From the NCBI GenBank assembly GCA_045568075.1, contig JBJLBP010000001.1:1566521-1598520 (forward strand): 32,000 nucleotides of DNA, read 5' to 3'. Shown here piece after piece: positions 9,284 to 17,129 of the stretch. Position 1 is the stretch's first letter. Each line of letters starts with the position of its first letter. The notes below the pieces were generated by a model. The model saw only the letters and a program-made list of their open reading frames with translations, searched no databases and was not told the DNA's origin. Both the position numbers and the translations under genes were made by a program. Source of the stretch: Candidatus Thalassarchaeaceae archaeon. GTDB taxonomy: Archaea; Thermoplasmatota; Poseidoniia; Poseidoniales; Thalassarchaeaceae.

Positions 9284-10377
9284 CAGTTAGAGCGCTCTAA
9301 GGCACTTTGACGAGCTTCGACAAGGATGGTTTCCCACTTCACCTTCAATTCTGACTCGAGTGCTTTCAGCATCTCCTTGATTTCCTTCTTTGAGAGGCCT
9401 TCACGCTTGGAAAATTGTTTCTCTAAATTCTCAAGCAACTCTTTCTCACGCTTCTTGCGAGTCTCGGCTAGACGTTGTTCCATCTCGACCTCGCGCTCGA
9501 GTGCCATCTCCTGACGCTTGAGGACAAGCGCAGCATCCATGGTTTCGCGCTCGGCTGCAAACCAACGGTCCAACTCAGCCAACATGCCCGCCTCGGCCTC
9601 CTCCTCCAAGGACTTCAGACGAACGTCCACGTCTGCAATCATGCCCTTTTCGCGGGATTTTGATTCTGCTGTGATCTGTTTTTCGAGTTCTGCCTCGTGC
9701 TTTTTTCGAGCGGCGGCAAGCCGCTCGCGCATGCCGATTTCTTGCTCGAGACGATATGACTCGACTTTGCGATGGACCTTAGATTCCTCAGCCTCACGAA
9801 GGTCCATTTCGACTCGGCGCTCCATACGATCCATGTCCTGAGATGCTTCGAGTTCGAGCCGATCATTCAGGAAGGCTTTGCGTCGATCGAACTCGGTCTC
9901 CATTTCTCCCTTCAAGCGATCTCGAAGTTTCGAAGTGTGTTCCTCGATGCGCCGGTCGCGCTCAAGATCTAATTGCTCGCGAAGACGATTCTCCTCCCGG
10001 CGCAATCGGTGAAGCATTTCCTCTCGAAGAAGTCGCTCTTCCCGCTCCAACGCCTCGGTCTCTAAGCGCTCCATCTCAACTTCTAGCTCAGCGCGCATAT
10101 CTGCCTCGATACGATGGAGTTCCTCTTCGAAAAGGATGTCATTCGCTTTACGCAACGCGCCGCGCATTCCCTCGACGCGTTCGCCCATCTCAGCCACGCG
10201 TCGACGACGTTCGCGACGCATTGCAGACCGAAGTTTGCCTTCATCATCAAGCCGATCGCGAGCACGACCAAGAGTGTCAATTGCAGAGGCTGCTGAACGT
10301 ACATGGGCTTCGCGCAGAGCCGCTAGTTCGTCGACACCATCCGCGTCATTACCATTGGGTGACTTGCTCTCACTCAC
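9283..10377 (-). CDS. Glu/Arg-rich long coiled-coil protein, function unknown
   Basis: 364-aa ORF with a GTG start. No TM segment or signal peptide. Almost entirely charged heptad-like sequence with internal duplications (RLAAARKKHEAELEKQI versus RLAETRKKREKELLENLEKQF). The many antisense ORFs are artefacts of GAG/CGC-rich codons. Confidence 0.7.
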   Translation of the reverse strand: MSESKSPNGNDADGVDELAALREAHVRSAASAIDTLGRARDRLDDEGKLRSAMRRERRRRVAEMGERVEGMRGALRKANDILFEEELHRIEADMRAELEVEMERLETEALEREERLLREEMLHRLRREENRLREQLDLERDRRIEEHTSKLRDRLKGEMETEFDRRKAFLNDRLELEASQDMDRMERRVEMDLREAEESKVHRKVESYRLEQEIGMRERLAAARKKHEAELEKQITAESKSREKGMIADVDVRLKSLEEEAEAGMLAELDRWFAAERETMDAALVLKRQEMALEREVEMEQRLAETRKKREKELLENLEKQFSKREGLSKKEIKEMLKALESELKVKWETILVEARQSALERSN

Positions 10378-10470
10378 GGTCCCATCCCCATTTCGACGGT
10401 ATCTGACCCCTATTTGAGAGCGCAGGGTTGTATTCAGCCGTAGGCTGTGATTTGACGAGACAAGTTGATT

Positions 10471-10493
10471 CTCCCAGTTTCACTTACTGGGAG
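10471..10493 (-). terminator. stem-loop CTCCCAGT-ttcactt-ACTGGGAG downstream of the ATPase / zinc-ribbon gene pair
   Basis: Perfect 8-bp stem with a 7-nt loop, 37 nt after the stop at 10530. No flanking T-run, so a terminator role is uncertain. Confidence 0.3.
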
Positions 10494-10529
10494 GGAATCT
10501 CTCTCCCTCTCTCATAGGGCTTCAGGAAC

Positions 10530-10922
10530 TCAAAAGGTAACCTGGAAAGCAGCCTCGCAAGCCGGACAATTCAACTGACGCTTCCCTGGTTTAGGTCGAA
10601 TCCTCAGCGTCCGCTCGCAGCCTGGACAATCAATCTCAGCCTTCACCACTTTCTCTGTCAGTACGAACCCTCCGGAGCAGGCTCCACAAGTGAGGTCAAT
10701 CGGTCGCTCGTCCGTTCCCGCAACAAGAATCGTGTGACAGTGCGGACAAGGGACTTTTTCTTCTATGAGAGCGTCGATTGTTGGTTCATGACTTACTTTG
10801 CAAATAGCGCCGCAGACTTCGCATTCTCGCTCGCCGAGTCCGGGTGGTAACATGTGCTCGCAGTGAGCGCATTCGGCGAGCGGTGGCGCGTGCTTCGACT
10901 CGACCTCGACTCTGTCCGTCAC
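10530..10922 (-). CDS. triple zinc-ribbon protein (six CxxC pairs; MJ0042-type CXXC finger-like)
   Basis: 130-aa ORF with a GTG start. CxxC pairs: CAHC..CEVC, CPHC..CGAC, CPGC..CPAC. The end LNCPACEAAFQVTF is typical of MJ0042-like zinc ribbons. Starts 25 bp after the ATPase stop on the same strand. Confidence 0.7.
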   Translation of the reverse strand: MTDRVEVESKHAPPLAECAHCEHMLPPGLGERECEVCGAICKVSHEPTIDALIEEKVPCPHCHTILVAGTDERPIDLTCGACSGGFVLTEKVVKAEIDCPGCERTLRIRPKPGKRQLNCPACEAAFQVTF

Positions 10923-10947
10923 GCGCCTCGCTCCTCGTTTCGGTTAA

Positions 10948-13797
10948 TCAAGCGGTCGATGGTGGGCTCCCTCCACCACCGGAAAAGAGCACTCCGAAGG
11001 CCTCACGGATATCGCGTACCAAGCCCTTCCCAAGGTCCGTTATAACGCCAATTCTTCCCCCTGCGCCTGCGACGAACATACCGTTGAGAATGATCAGGAA
11101 AACGCTTGCCTCGTGGATTGCGATTCCTGCCGCTATGCTTGTGTTGATGCCTGCGAGAGCCGTGACTATGAGCAGAACTGTGACTCCGACCGACACTGCG
11201 ATATTCGCGTTGACAATCGCTCTCGTTCGCTTCGAGAGCTGGATTAGATTTGCTAATGCTCTCGGGTCTTCGCCAGGGATTAGGACATCGGCAGCATCGA
11301 GATTGACTTGCTCTCCACTGCCGACGGCGACTCCGATGTCAGCTGCTGCTAATGCTCCGGAGTCGTTGAAACCGTCTCCAGCCATGAGTGTCCGACTGAT
11401 TTTTGCTCGCTCGGCCACCCATGACGCCTTTCCTTCGGGATCGACGTTTCCTCTGCAGATTGTTGGGTCGATGCCGAGCCGCTTCGCGAAAGCCTCCACC
11501 GAGGCCTGCTCGTCGCCACTGAGAATTTCGACGCTGATGCCTTGCTGCTGGAGTTTGTCGACCATTTCCTGTACGCCTTCGCGCGCGTCATCGTGTGCGA
11601 AGGTGAATGCGGCGACGGCCTCGCCGTCTATCGCTAGAACGCTGGCTCCGTAGCCAGCGTGACGGCTATCGGCGAGGGCTGCATCGATATCGTAGGGAAT
11701 CTTGACGCCCTCGCCCATCAGCCAATCGGCTCGTCCGAGCATCAGCGGAAGTCCGCGCATCGAGCCGCGAACTCCGGCATCGCCATCTTCGATTTCTGTT
11801 ACTTGAGTGACGGCCTTGCTGCGCTCGGCCGATGCTTCGATCAGAGTTTTCGCATACGGGTGATTACTGCGCTGCTCGAGTCCTGCTGCAATCCGCAGCG
11901 CACTCTCCTCAGTTTCGTCTCCGGCCACGGCGATTGCCACCAATCGTGGCCGGCCACTAGTCAGTGTCCCAGTCTTGTCGAGCAAAGCCAGTTGGATTCC
12001 TGCAGCGGCTTCGATAACATCGCCGCCTCTAGCTACCAAGCCGCTGGCAGAAGCGGTTGAGAGCGCCGTTGCATGAGGCACCGGCGCGGCGAGAAGTAGT
12101 GAGCAGGGGCATGAAACGACCCACAGAACCAGCATGCCGACGATATCGCCGGTAGCCGCGCCGTAAATCGCTGAGCCGACCAAAACCAGTGGAACCCAGA
12201 TCGCGGTGAAGCGCTCAATAATTGTCTGAGTGCGAGTTGGTTGCTCACGGTAGCGACGAACCAACTCGATTAAATCCGCGAGGCGGGTATTCTCACCAGT
12301 TGCTTCTGCTTTGAGATGTATAGGCCCGCGTGTGAGAGTCAGTCCCGCCTCGACAAAAGAGCCGGAGGCAACAGAGACTGGCATTGGCTCGCCAGTCAGA
12401 GGTGCGCGGTCAATCGCCCCCGAACCATCGACAATCGTCCCATCAACTGGCACAACCTCTCCAGAGCGCACCTCAACCACATCACCTGGCTCCAAAGCAG
12501 CAACCGGAGTCCACTCATCATCACATGGATTCTCAACCTCAGGTTGAGAGTGATTATGTCCAGAATCACCAGTAGCAGTCTTGCTCGAAATAATCAGCCG
12601 CGCTCGTCTTGGCAATCGATCCAATCCGCCTTGCATCGACTCGCGCGCACGAACCAGCGCACTCTCCTCCATATGAGCGGCCAAAGCGACCAAACCAGTG
12701 ACCACCAAAGCCTCGGGCCATTCCTTGAGATATAGTGCACCCAAAACAGCCAGTGAAGTCAGAACTTGGAAACCAAGAACGCGATTTTGAATACTTGCAA
12801 TCGCAGATTGAAACATTGGTAATCCAGCGAATAAAATACCGATTCCTGTCACTGCTGCGGCTACCGACCAATGCAAATCCATCTGTTCGATAATGAAAAC
12901 TGCGGCAAGCAATGGAATCGTCAAGACTGCGCCCAATAATTGCACTTGATCAGGGCGCAGTCGGTCATTTTTCGACTCGCCAAGAGTGTATTCACCGAGA
13001 ATACGTCGAAGTCCTTCATCAGTCATTTCTGTCACTTTCGGAGAGTAGGTTGGAGCCCGTTGAATCTCAATCCGACCGTCATCCAAATTGATGTTGAGAA
13101 TACCAGGGACGTCGAGCAAAGCGTTGCGAAGACCCTTGCGATTGATGCCCAATCTTCGAGCAACTTCGCCTGAGGTTTTTCCTTGGACGAGACGCCATTC
13201 GACCTCCGGAGAGTTACCCAGACTCTCGAGAACCGAAGAAACACGAGATACGCGCCCACGTGCAACGTCAAGTTCGATTCGAACACTTCCTTCGGTAGCG
13301 GATACCACCACCTCATCGATACCGGGTAAACGGGTGACTGCTCGAGTTGCCTTCATCGCGCAGTCAGGACAATCCATGCCTCGCAGCGGCCATTCGAAGC
13401 GCTCGACACCGTCGACGACGAGTTCAGGCACGAAAACCGCTTCAGAATCCGAGCTGGGTCCCGCAATCGGAGTGACCTGCTCCATGGATCCATCATCAAG
13501 AATCAATTCGTCAACTGGTGCAGCCGCAGCAGCACGTTTCTCGCGCGAGGAAGCGATACGAGAGCGAATTCCGTCGACACCTCCGGAAAGGGCCCCTCGT
13601 AGACTGGAGAGAAGCCCGCCTCGCGAATCGTTTGGGTCAGAATTTGACTTCGTAGAGGCGAGACGCGACTCAGGCTTTGCCTGAGTCGAAGTATCATCCT
13701 CATCATCAAGGATCAGAAAATCCTCGTCGCTCACGCCTAACGGACAGGAGGGGGCCACATGAATCTGCGGCTTAGCCGGCGCTGGGAATGATGACAA
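10948..13797 (-). CDS. heavy-metal-translocating P1B-type ATPase
   Basis: 949-aa ORF. HMA-like GMDCPDCAMKATRAV, then a second Cys-less HMA-like fold. Actuator PLTGEPMPV, TM6 SCPCSLLLAAP, phosphorylation site DKTGTLT, hinge GDGFNDSGALAAADIGVAVG, final TM HEASVFLIILNG. Metal specificity cannot be assigned from these motifs. The first ~130 aa are low-complexity, so the start may be internal. Confidence 0.93.
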   Translation of the reverse strand: MSSFPAPAKPQIHVAPSCPLGVSDEDFLILDDEDDTSTQAKPESRLASTKSNSDPNDSRGGLLSSLRGALSGGVDGIRSRIASSREKRAAAAAPVDELILDDGSMEQVTPIAGPSSDSEAVFVPELVVDGVERFEWPLRGMDCPDCAMKATRAVTRLPGIDEVVVSATEGSVRIELDVARGRVSRVSSVLESLGNSPEVEWRLVQGKTSGEVARRLGINRKGLRNALLDVPGILNINLDDGRIEIQRAPTYSPKVTEMTDEGLRRILGEYTLGESKNDRLRPDQVQLLGAVLTIPLLAAVFIIEQMDLHWSVAAAVTGIGILFAGLPMFQSAIASIQNRVLGFQVLTSLAVLGALYLKEWPEALVVTGLVALAAHMEESALVRARESMQGGLDRLPRRARLIISSKTATGDSGHNHSQPEVENPCDDEWTPVAALEPGDVVEVRSGEVVPVDGTIVDGSGAIDRAPLTGEPMPVSVASGSFVEAGLTLTRGPIHLKAEATGENTRLADLIELVRRYREQPTRTQTIIERFTAIWVPLVLVGSAIYGAATGDIVGMLVLWVVSCPCSLLLAAPVPHATALSTASASGLVARGGDVIEAAAGIQLALLDKTGTLTSGRPRLVAIAVAGDETEESALRIAAGLEQRSNHPYAKTLIEASAERSKAVTQVTEIEDGDAGVRGSMRGLPLMLGRADWLMGEGVKIPYDIDAALADSRHAGYGASVLAIDGEAVAAFTFAHDDAREGVQEMVDKLQQQGISVEILSGDEQASVEAFAKRLGIDPTICRGNVDPEGKASWVAERAKISRTLMAGDGFNDSGALAAADIGVAVGSGEQVNLDAADVLIPGEDPRALANLIQLSKRTRAIVNANIAVSVGVTVLLIVTALAGINTSIAAGIAIHEASVFLIILNGMFVAGAGGRIGVITDLGKGLVRDIREAFGVLFSGGGGSPPSTA

Positions 13798-13936
13798 AGA
13801 GAGAGTAATCGATGCGGCTGACTGTTAACCGAAAGGGGAGGTACTTTGGGATTCTTGAATCTCAAGCAATTTTTCCAAGCGGTTGAAATACCCTGAGTTT
13901 ACCGGAACACCATGTTGCGTTGATTCTAATTTGATC

Positions 13937-14125
13937 ATGGAAAGAATAAACGACGATATGCTAGACTTGCTAGTTAGGTGCCTTCAAGCATGGCTAACTT
14001 GGCTAGAAAAAGACAAAGAATGTACTGAAGCAGAACTAGATGAGAAAAAGTGGCGTGCTGAGAACGCGGCTTGGTCTCTGAATGAGTTGACCTACAACTG
14101 GGAGTTCACCGAGAAGTGGGAATGA
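13937..14125 (+). CDS. small Trp-rich hypothetical protein (62 aa from ATG 13937; listed ORF begins at TTG 13883)
   Basis: ORF only, with no recognisable motif. It sits in a lower-GC 330-bp gap and abuts the 3' end of the tRNA. Confidence 0.25.
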   Translation: MERINDDMLDLLVRCLQAWLTWLEKDKECTEAELDEKKWRAENAAWSLNELTYNWEFTEKWE

Positions 14126-14127
14126 GT

Positions 14128-14212
14128 TGGTGCAGGTGGCAGGATTCGAACCTGCGAAGCACTACGCAGAGGATCTTGAGTCCTCCCCCTTTGACCACTC
14201 GGGTACACCTGC
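14128..14212 (-). tRNA. tRNA-Leu (anticodon CAA), genomically encoded CCA
   Basis: The reverse complement folds as a cloverleaf. Acceptor GCAGGTG/CACCTGC, anticodon stem GAGGA/TCCTC with loop CTCAAGA, long variable arm, T-arm GCAGG-TTCGAAT-CCTGC, discriminator A plus CCA. Confidence 0.93.
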
Positions 14213-14351
14213 AAGATACGCGAGCCGCGAATCCCTCTTGATTCCAGCGGCTCAAACCCCACTCATCTGTAACCAAGCAGGGAACTAGACGGAATGTTTG
14301 ATGTAGCGCCCGCGAAGGAACCGCTATTGGACGCTCGGAGGAGTAGGAGTC

Positions 14352-14385
14352 AACGCGCATTAAGACAGGCAATTAACGCGCATTA
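14352..14385 (+). promoter_or_regulatory. direct repeat AACGCGCATTA x2 (23-bp spacing) upstream of 14404
   Basis: Copies at 14352-14362 and 14375-14385 are identical 11-mers. The second ends 19 nt before the ATG. The embedded ATTA(A/G)G could be TATA-like. SD-like GAGGTG lies at 14390-14395. Function is inferred only. Confidence 0.25.
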
Positions 14386-14403
14386 GGAAGAGGTGGGAAA
14401 AGC

Positions 14404-15312
14404 ATGAGGTTGAGCAAAAACCAACTCCAGGCGGTCGAGAAAGCGCTCTTTGAAGTCGCCCGAAAACAGAAATCTTCGTCCAGACCTGTTGAACTCCCTA
14501 TACCCGATTTCTGGGCCTCAGTGGGGCAATTAACCTCATTTCTTGAGTCTGAACTTGCAGAGACTGTTCGATCCGAAGGGATGACTGCGAAAGCGCAGAT
14601 GCATACCCGTAGGCTCGGTAATGTCCGAACTTTGGTGACAGACCTAACACGAATTCGATTGAATGCCTTCACTCAGCACGCAGTGCTGGTGAATCTGATG
14701 CGAGGTGGTGGAGCCGAGGCGGCCGCTGCTGTGCAGCATCTGAGTGTGATTGATTGGGAGCGGCACGATCCAAGTGAACGCGCTTACTATCAGAGCCTCG
14801 GTCATCTTGTTGACAAGTACAAGCATGATGTTGCTTGGAAACAATTAGTGAATGGAAATAATGGTGGCAATGGCCACGGTCTGCCTTTTACAAGCCCGGG
14901 CCCGAATGCTTCACTTAGCGAATTTTCTGAGCCGGCTGCTGCAACACCCGAAGTTGCTACTATGCCAGCTGTGGAACCTTCACCGACAGCACCACCAACT
15001 GCGGCTCCTGCCTCCGATTCTCACGATTCTTGGGAAGACCCCGATTTCGATGAGGAGGACCGCATTCGTGCGATGGATGCCTTTCCTGACCGCGCGACCG
15101 GAGTCGACCCTCATCCACCAACTGAGATTAGTGTCGTTGAAACGCTTGGCGGCGACCTGATGAGGATTCGAATCCTGCAGGATTTGTCCGACCCAATCAT
15201 CGGCGAGGATGGTTCGGAGATGAACCTCGCCGAGGGCGATGTCGAGTCCTGTCCAAGCCTAATCGCAGAGACACTCATCGCCGCTGGACTCGCTGTCGCA
15301 GCCCCGCTGTGA
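14404..15312 (+). CDS. probable GINS subunit (Gins51-like) with a long Pro/Ala/acidic linker
   Basis: 302-aa ORF with an SD-like GAGGTG 8 nt upstream. A-domain-like LGNVRTLVTDLTRIRLNAFTQHAVL. B-domain-like LMRIRILQDLSDPIIGEDGSEMNLAEGDVESCPSLIAETLIAAGLA. The family call rests on remembered pattern similarity, not a search. Confidence 0.5.
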   Translation: MRLSKNQLQAVEKALFEVARKQKSSSRPVELPIPDFWASVGQLTSFLESELAETVRSEGMTAKAQMHTRRLGNVRTLVTDLTRIRLNAFTQHAVLVNLMRGGGAEAAAAVQHLSVIDWERHDPSERAYYQSLGHLVDKYKHDVAWKQLVNGNNGGNGHGLPFTSPGPNASLSEFSEPAAATPEVATMPAVEPSPTAPPTAAPASDSHDSWEDPDFDEEDRIRAMDAFPDRATGVDPHPPTEISVVETLGGDLMRIRILQDLSDPIIGEDGSEMNLAEGDVESCPSLIAETLIAAGLAVAAPL

Positions 15313-15402
15313 ACGTAAAACGGCATTTTCTCCTGTGAATTCAGTTCCCAAACTGAGCGCGCCAATGATTATCCGGCGCCGGACTACGATGCTTGACCTG
15401 CG

Positions 15403-16758
15403 GTGGAGAACATGGGCAAGACGGTCACAAAGAAACAACTCAAGGAAATGCGACGAACTTTCGCAGCTGACAGTTCAGCGAAGATGGCACAGAATGCGGT
15501 CGCGAATAACGATCTACTCGATGTCGCACTCGATCGCGCCATGGTGCAAGACATCGATTTCTCCTTCTCGATAAAGCTCGACAAGTGGAGGGTCACCAAT
15601 CAGCGACGTAGTGGACGGTGCTGGCTTTTCGCCACTCTCAATCTATTCCGCCCGAGTACGATGGCCAAACTGAATGTCAAGAATTTTGAGTTCAGCCAAT
15701 CGCATATCCACTTCTGGGACAAATTCGAGCGAGCCAATCATTTCTATGAGGCGATAATCGATACTGCTGATCGTCCCGTCGATGATCGCACAATCGGCTT
15801 CCTGCTAGGCGATCCAATAGGTGATGGCGGGCAGTGGAATATGGCGATGAATCTCATCCGCAAGCACGGACTAGTCCCTAAGTCGGCTTACCCTGAATCG
15901 AAGTCATCATCCAACACTCGCTGGATGAATGCCAACCTGAAGGATATCTTGCGCAGTGGGGCAAGCGAAATTCGCGCAATACTCGAGGCCGGCGGTTCAG
16001 CCGCCGAGGCTCGTGCTCACAAAGAATCCCGGCTCGCCGACATCTGGCGAATCCTCTGCATCCATCTGGGCACCCCGCCCGAGAAGTTCGATTGGCAGTG
16101 GGAAGATAAGGATGGCAAGTTCCATCGAAGAGGGAAAATTACCCCTCAGGAATTCGCGGCCGAGTACGTCGAAATCGATTGGGAAGATTATGTCTGTATC
16201 GTCAACGACCCGCGCAACGAATACTACCGTACATACACAGTCGACTACCTCCAAAACGTCGCCGGCGGGCCTCCTGTTGTGTATCTGAATGTCCCGAGCA
16301 GCGAGATGAAAGGCGTCACTCAGAAGCTGCTCGAGGATGGACTTCCAGTTTGGATGGGTTGCGATGTTGGTAAGCAGATGCACAGGAAGCGTGGTCTGTG
16401 GGATGCAAAACTGTTCGACTTTGGAGCACTTTACGGGGCTGAATTTGGTATGGACAAGGCTGACAGGCTTCGCTTCGGCCAGACGATGATGACACATGCG
16501 ATGTTGTTCACTGGCGTCGATGTTGTGGATGGTAAGCCTCGACGCTGGAGGGTTGAGAATTCCTGGGGAGACAAGGAGTCTGGCCGCAAAGGATACTACA
16601 CGATGAATGACTCATGGTATGACGAATACATGTTTGAAATTGCATGTCCGAGTGATTACCTCAGCGATGAGATGAGCGAGGGATTGGAAACCGAACCCAT
16701 CGTTCTGCCAGCATGGGACCCAATGGGTTCGTTGGCGCGCGATGAAGCGCTTTCCTGA
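15403..16758 (+). CDS. pepC: aminopeptidase C / bleomycin hydrolase (peptidase C1B)
   Basis: 451-aa ORF. Catalytic Cys context QRRSGRCWLFATLN, His in HAMLFTGVD, Asn in VENSWG. GTG at 15403 or ATG at 15412. Confidence 0.9.
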   Translation: MENMGKTVTKKQLKEMRRTFAADSSAKMAQNAVANNDLLDVALDRAMVQDIDFSFSIKLDKWRVTNQRRSGRCWLFATLNLFRPSTMAKLNVKNFEFSQSHIHFWDKFERANHFYEAIIDTADRPVDDRTIGFLLGDPIGDGGQWNMAMNLIRKHGLVPKSAYPESKSSSNTRWMNANLKDILRSGASEIRAILEAGGSAAEARAHKESRLADIWRILCIHLGTPPEKFDWQWEDKDGKFHRRGKITPQEFAAEYVEIDWEDYVCIVNDPRNEYYRTYTVDYLQNVAGGPPVVYLNVPSSEMKGVTQKLLEDGLPVWMGCDVGKQMHRKRGLWDAKLFDFGALYGAEFGMDKADRLRFGQTMMTHAMLFTGVDVVDGKPRRWRVENSWGDKESGRKGYYTMNDSWYDEYMFEIACPSDYLSDEMSEGLETEPIVLPAWDPMGSLARDEALS

Positions 16759-16763
16759 CTAGA

Positions 16764-17093
16764 TCATCCAAGATGTCGTAGTGACAGTTCGATGGTCACG
16801 GAGTCTGGATAGTCGATTCGAAGGACGCGGCGAAGAGCTTTTTCGTCCTTCGCTGCACTTGTTACGAGTTCCAAGAGTCTCTTGTGAACGCGCATCTCCC
16901 AGTGATCCCAGGTTTCAGCACCCTCGCCGTCCGGGCTCTTGCGGCACGGAACTACGAGGCGGCGAGTTGGAAGTGGGATTGGACCACGAAGGTCTACTCC
17001 AGTTTCGTCACAAATCGCCTTGATCTGCGAACAGACCATGTCGACATCCTGATGGTTCTCACCAGTCAGCTTGATCTTAGTAATTACAGGCAT
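16764..17093 (-). CDS. rps10: 30S ribosomal protein S10 (uS10)
   Basis: 109-aa ORF: KIKLTGENHQDVDMVCSQIKAICDETGVDLRGPIPLPTRRL. Sits directly downstream of EF-1alpha, as in the canonical archaeal arrangement. Confidence 0.95.
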   Translation of the reverse strand: MPVITKIKLTGENHQDVDMVCSQIKAICDETGVDLRGPIPLPTRRLVVPCRKSPDGEGAETWDHWEMRVHKRLLELVTSAAKDEKALRRVLRIDYPDSVTIELSLRHLG

Positions 17094-17129
17094 TTCACTC
17101 GCTCCGAGTCTTCCGCCTTCTTACCGAGT

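Noticed and set aside
9326-10417. Several long plus-strand ORFs (up to 187 aa) overlapping the Glu/Arg-rich gene
   Set aside because: They are antisense to GAG/GAA/CGC-rich codons, which suppresses stops on the opposite strand. Their translations are Ser/Arg/Ala low-complexity strings with no protein-like features.
10844-13684. Plus-strand ORFs of 269 aa (10844..11653), 133 aa, 139 aa and 198 aa inside the P-type ATPase region
   Set aside because: The minus-strand frame carries the complete ordered set of P1B-ATPase motifs. The antisense ORFs are typical high-GC shadow ORFs.
14106-14372. 88-aa minus-strand ORF
   Set aside because: It runs straight through the tRNA-Leu gene, so it is spurious.
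15163-15181. AGGATTCGAATCCTGCAGG, which resembles the T-arm of the nearby tRNA-Leu (possible second tRNA or att remnant)
   Set aside because: No acceptor, D or anticodon arms can be built around it. It is a simple palindrome inside the conserved C-terminal domain of the GINS-like CDS (encoding RIRILQD).
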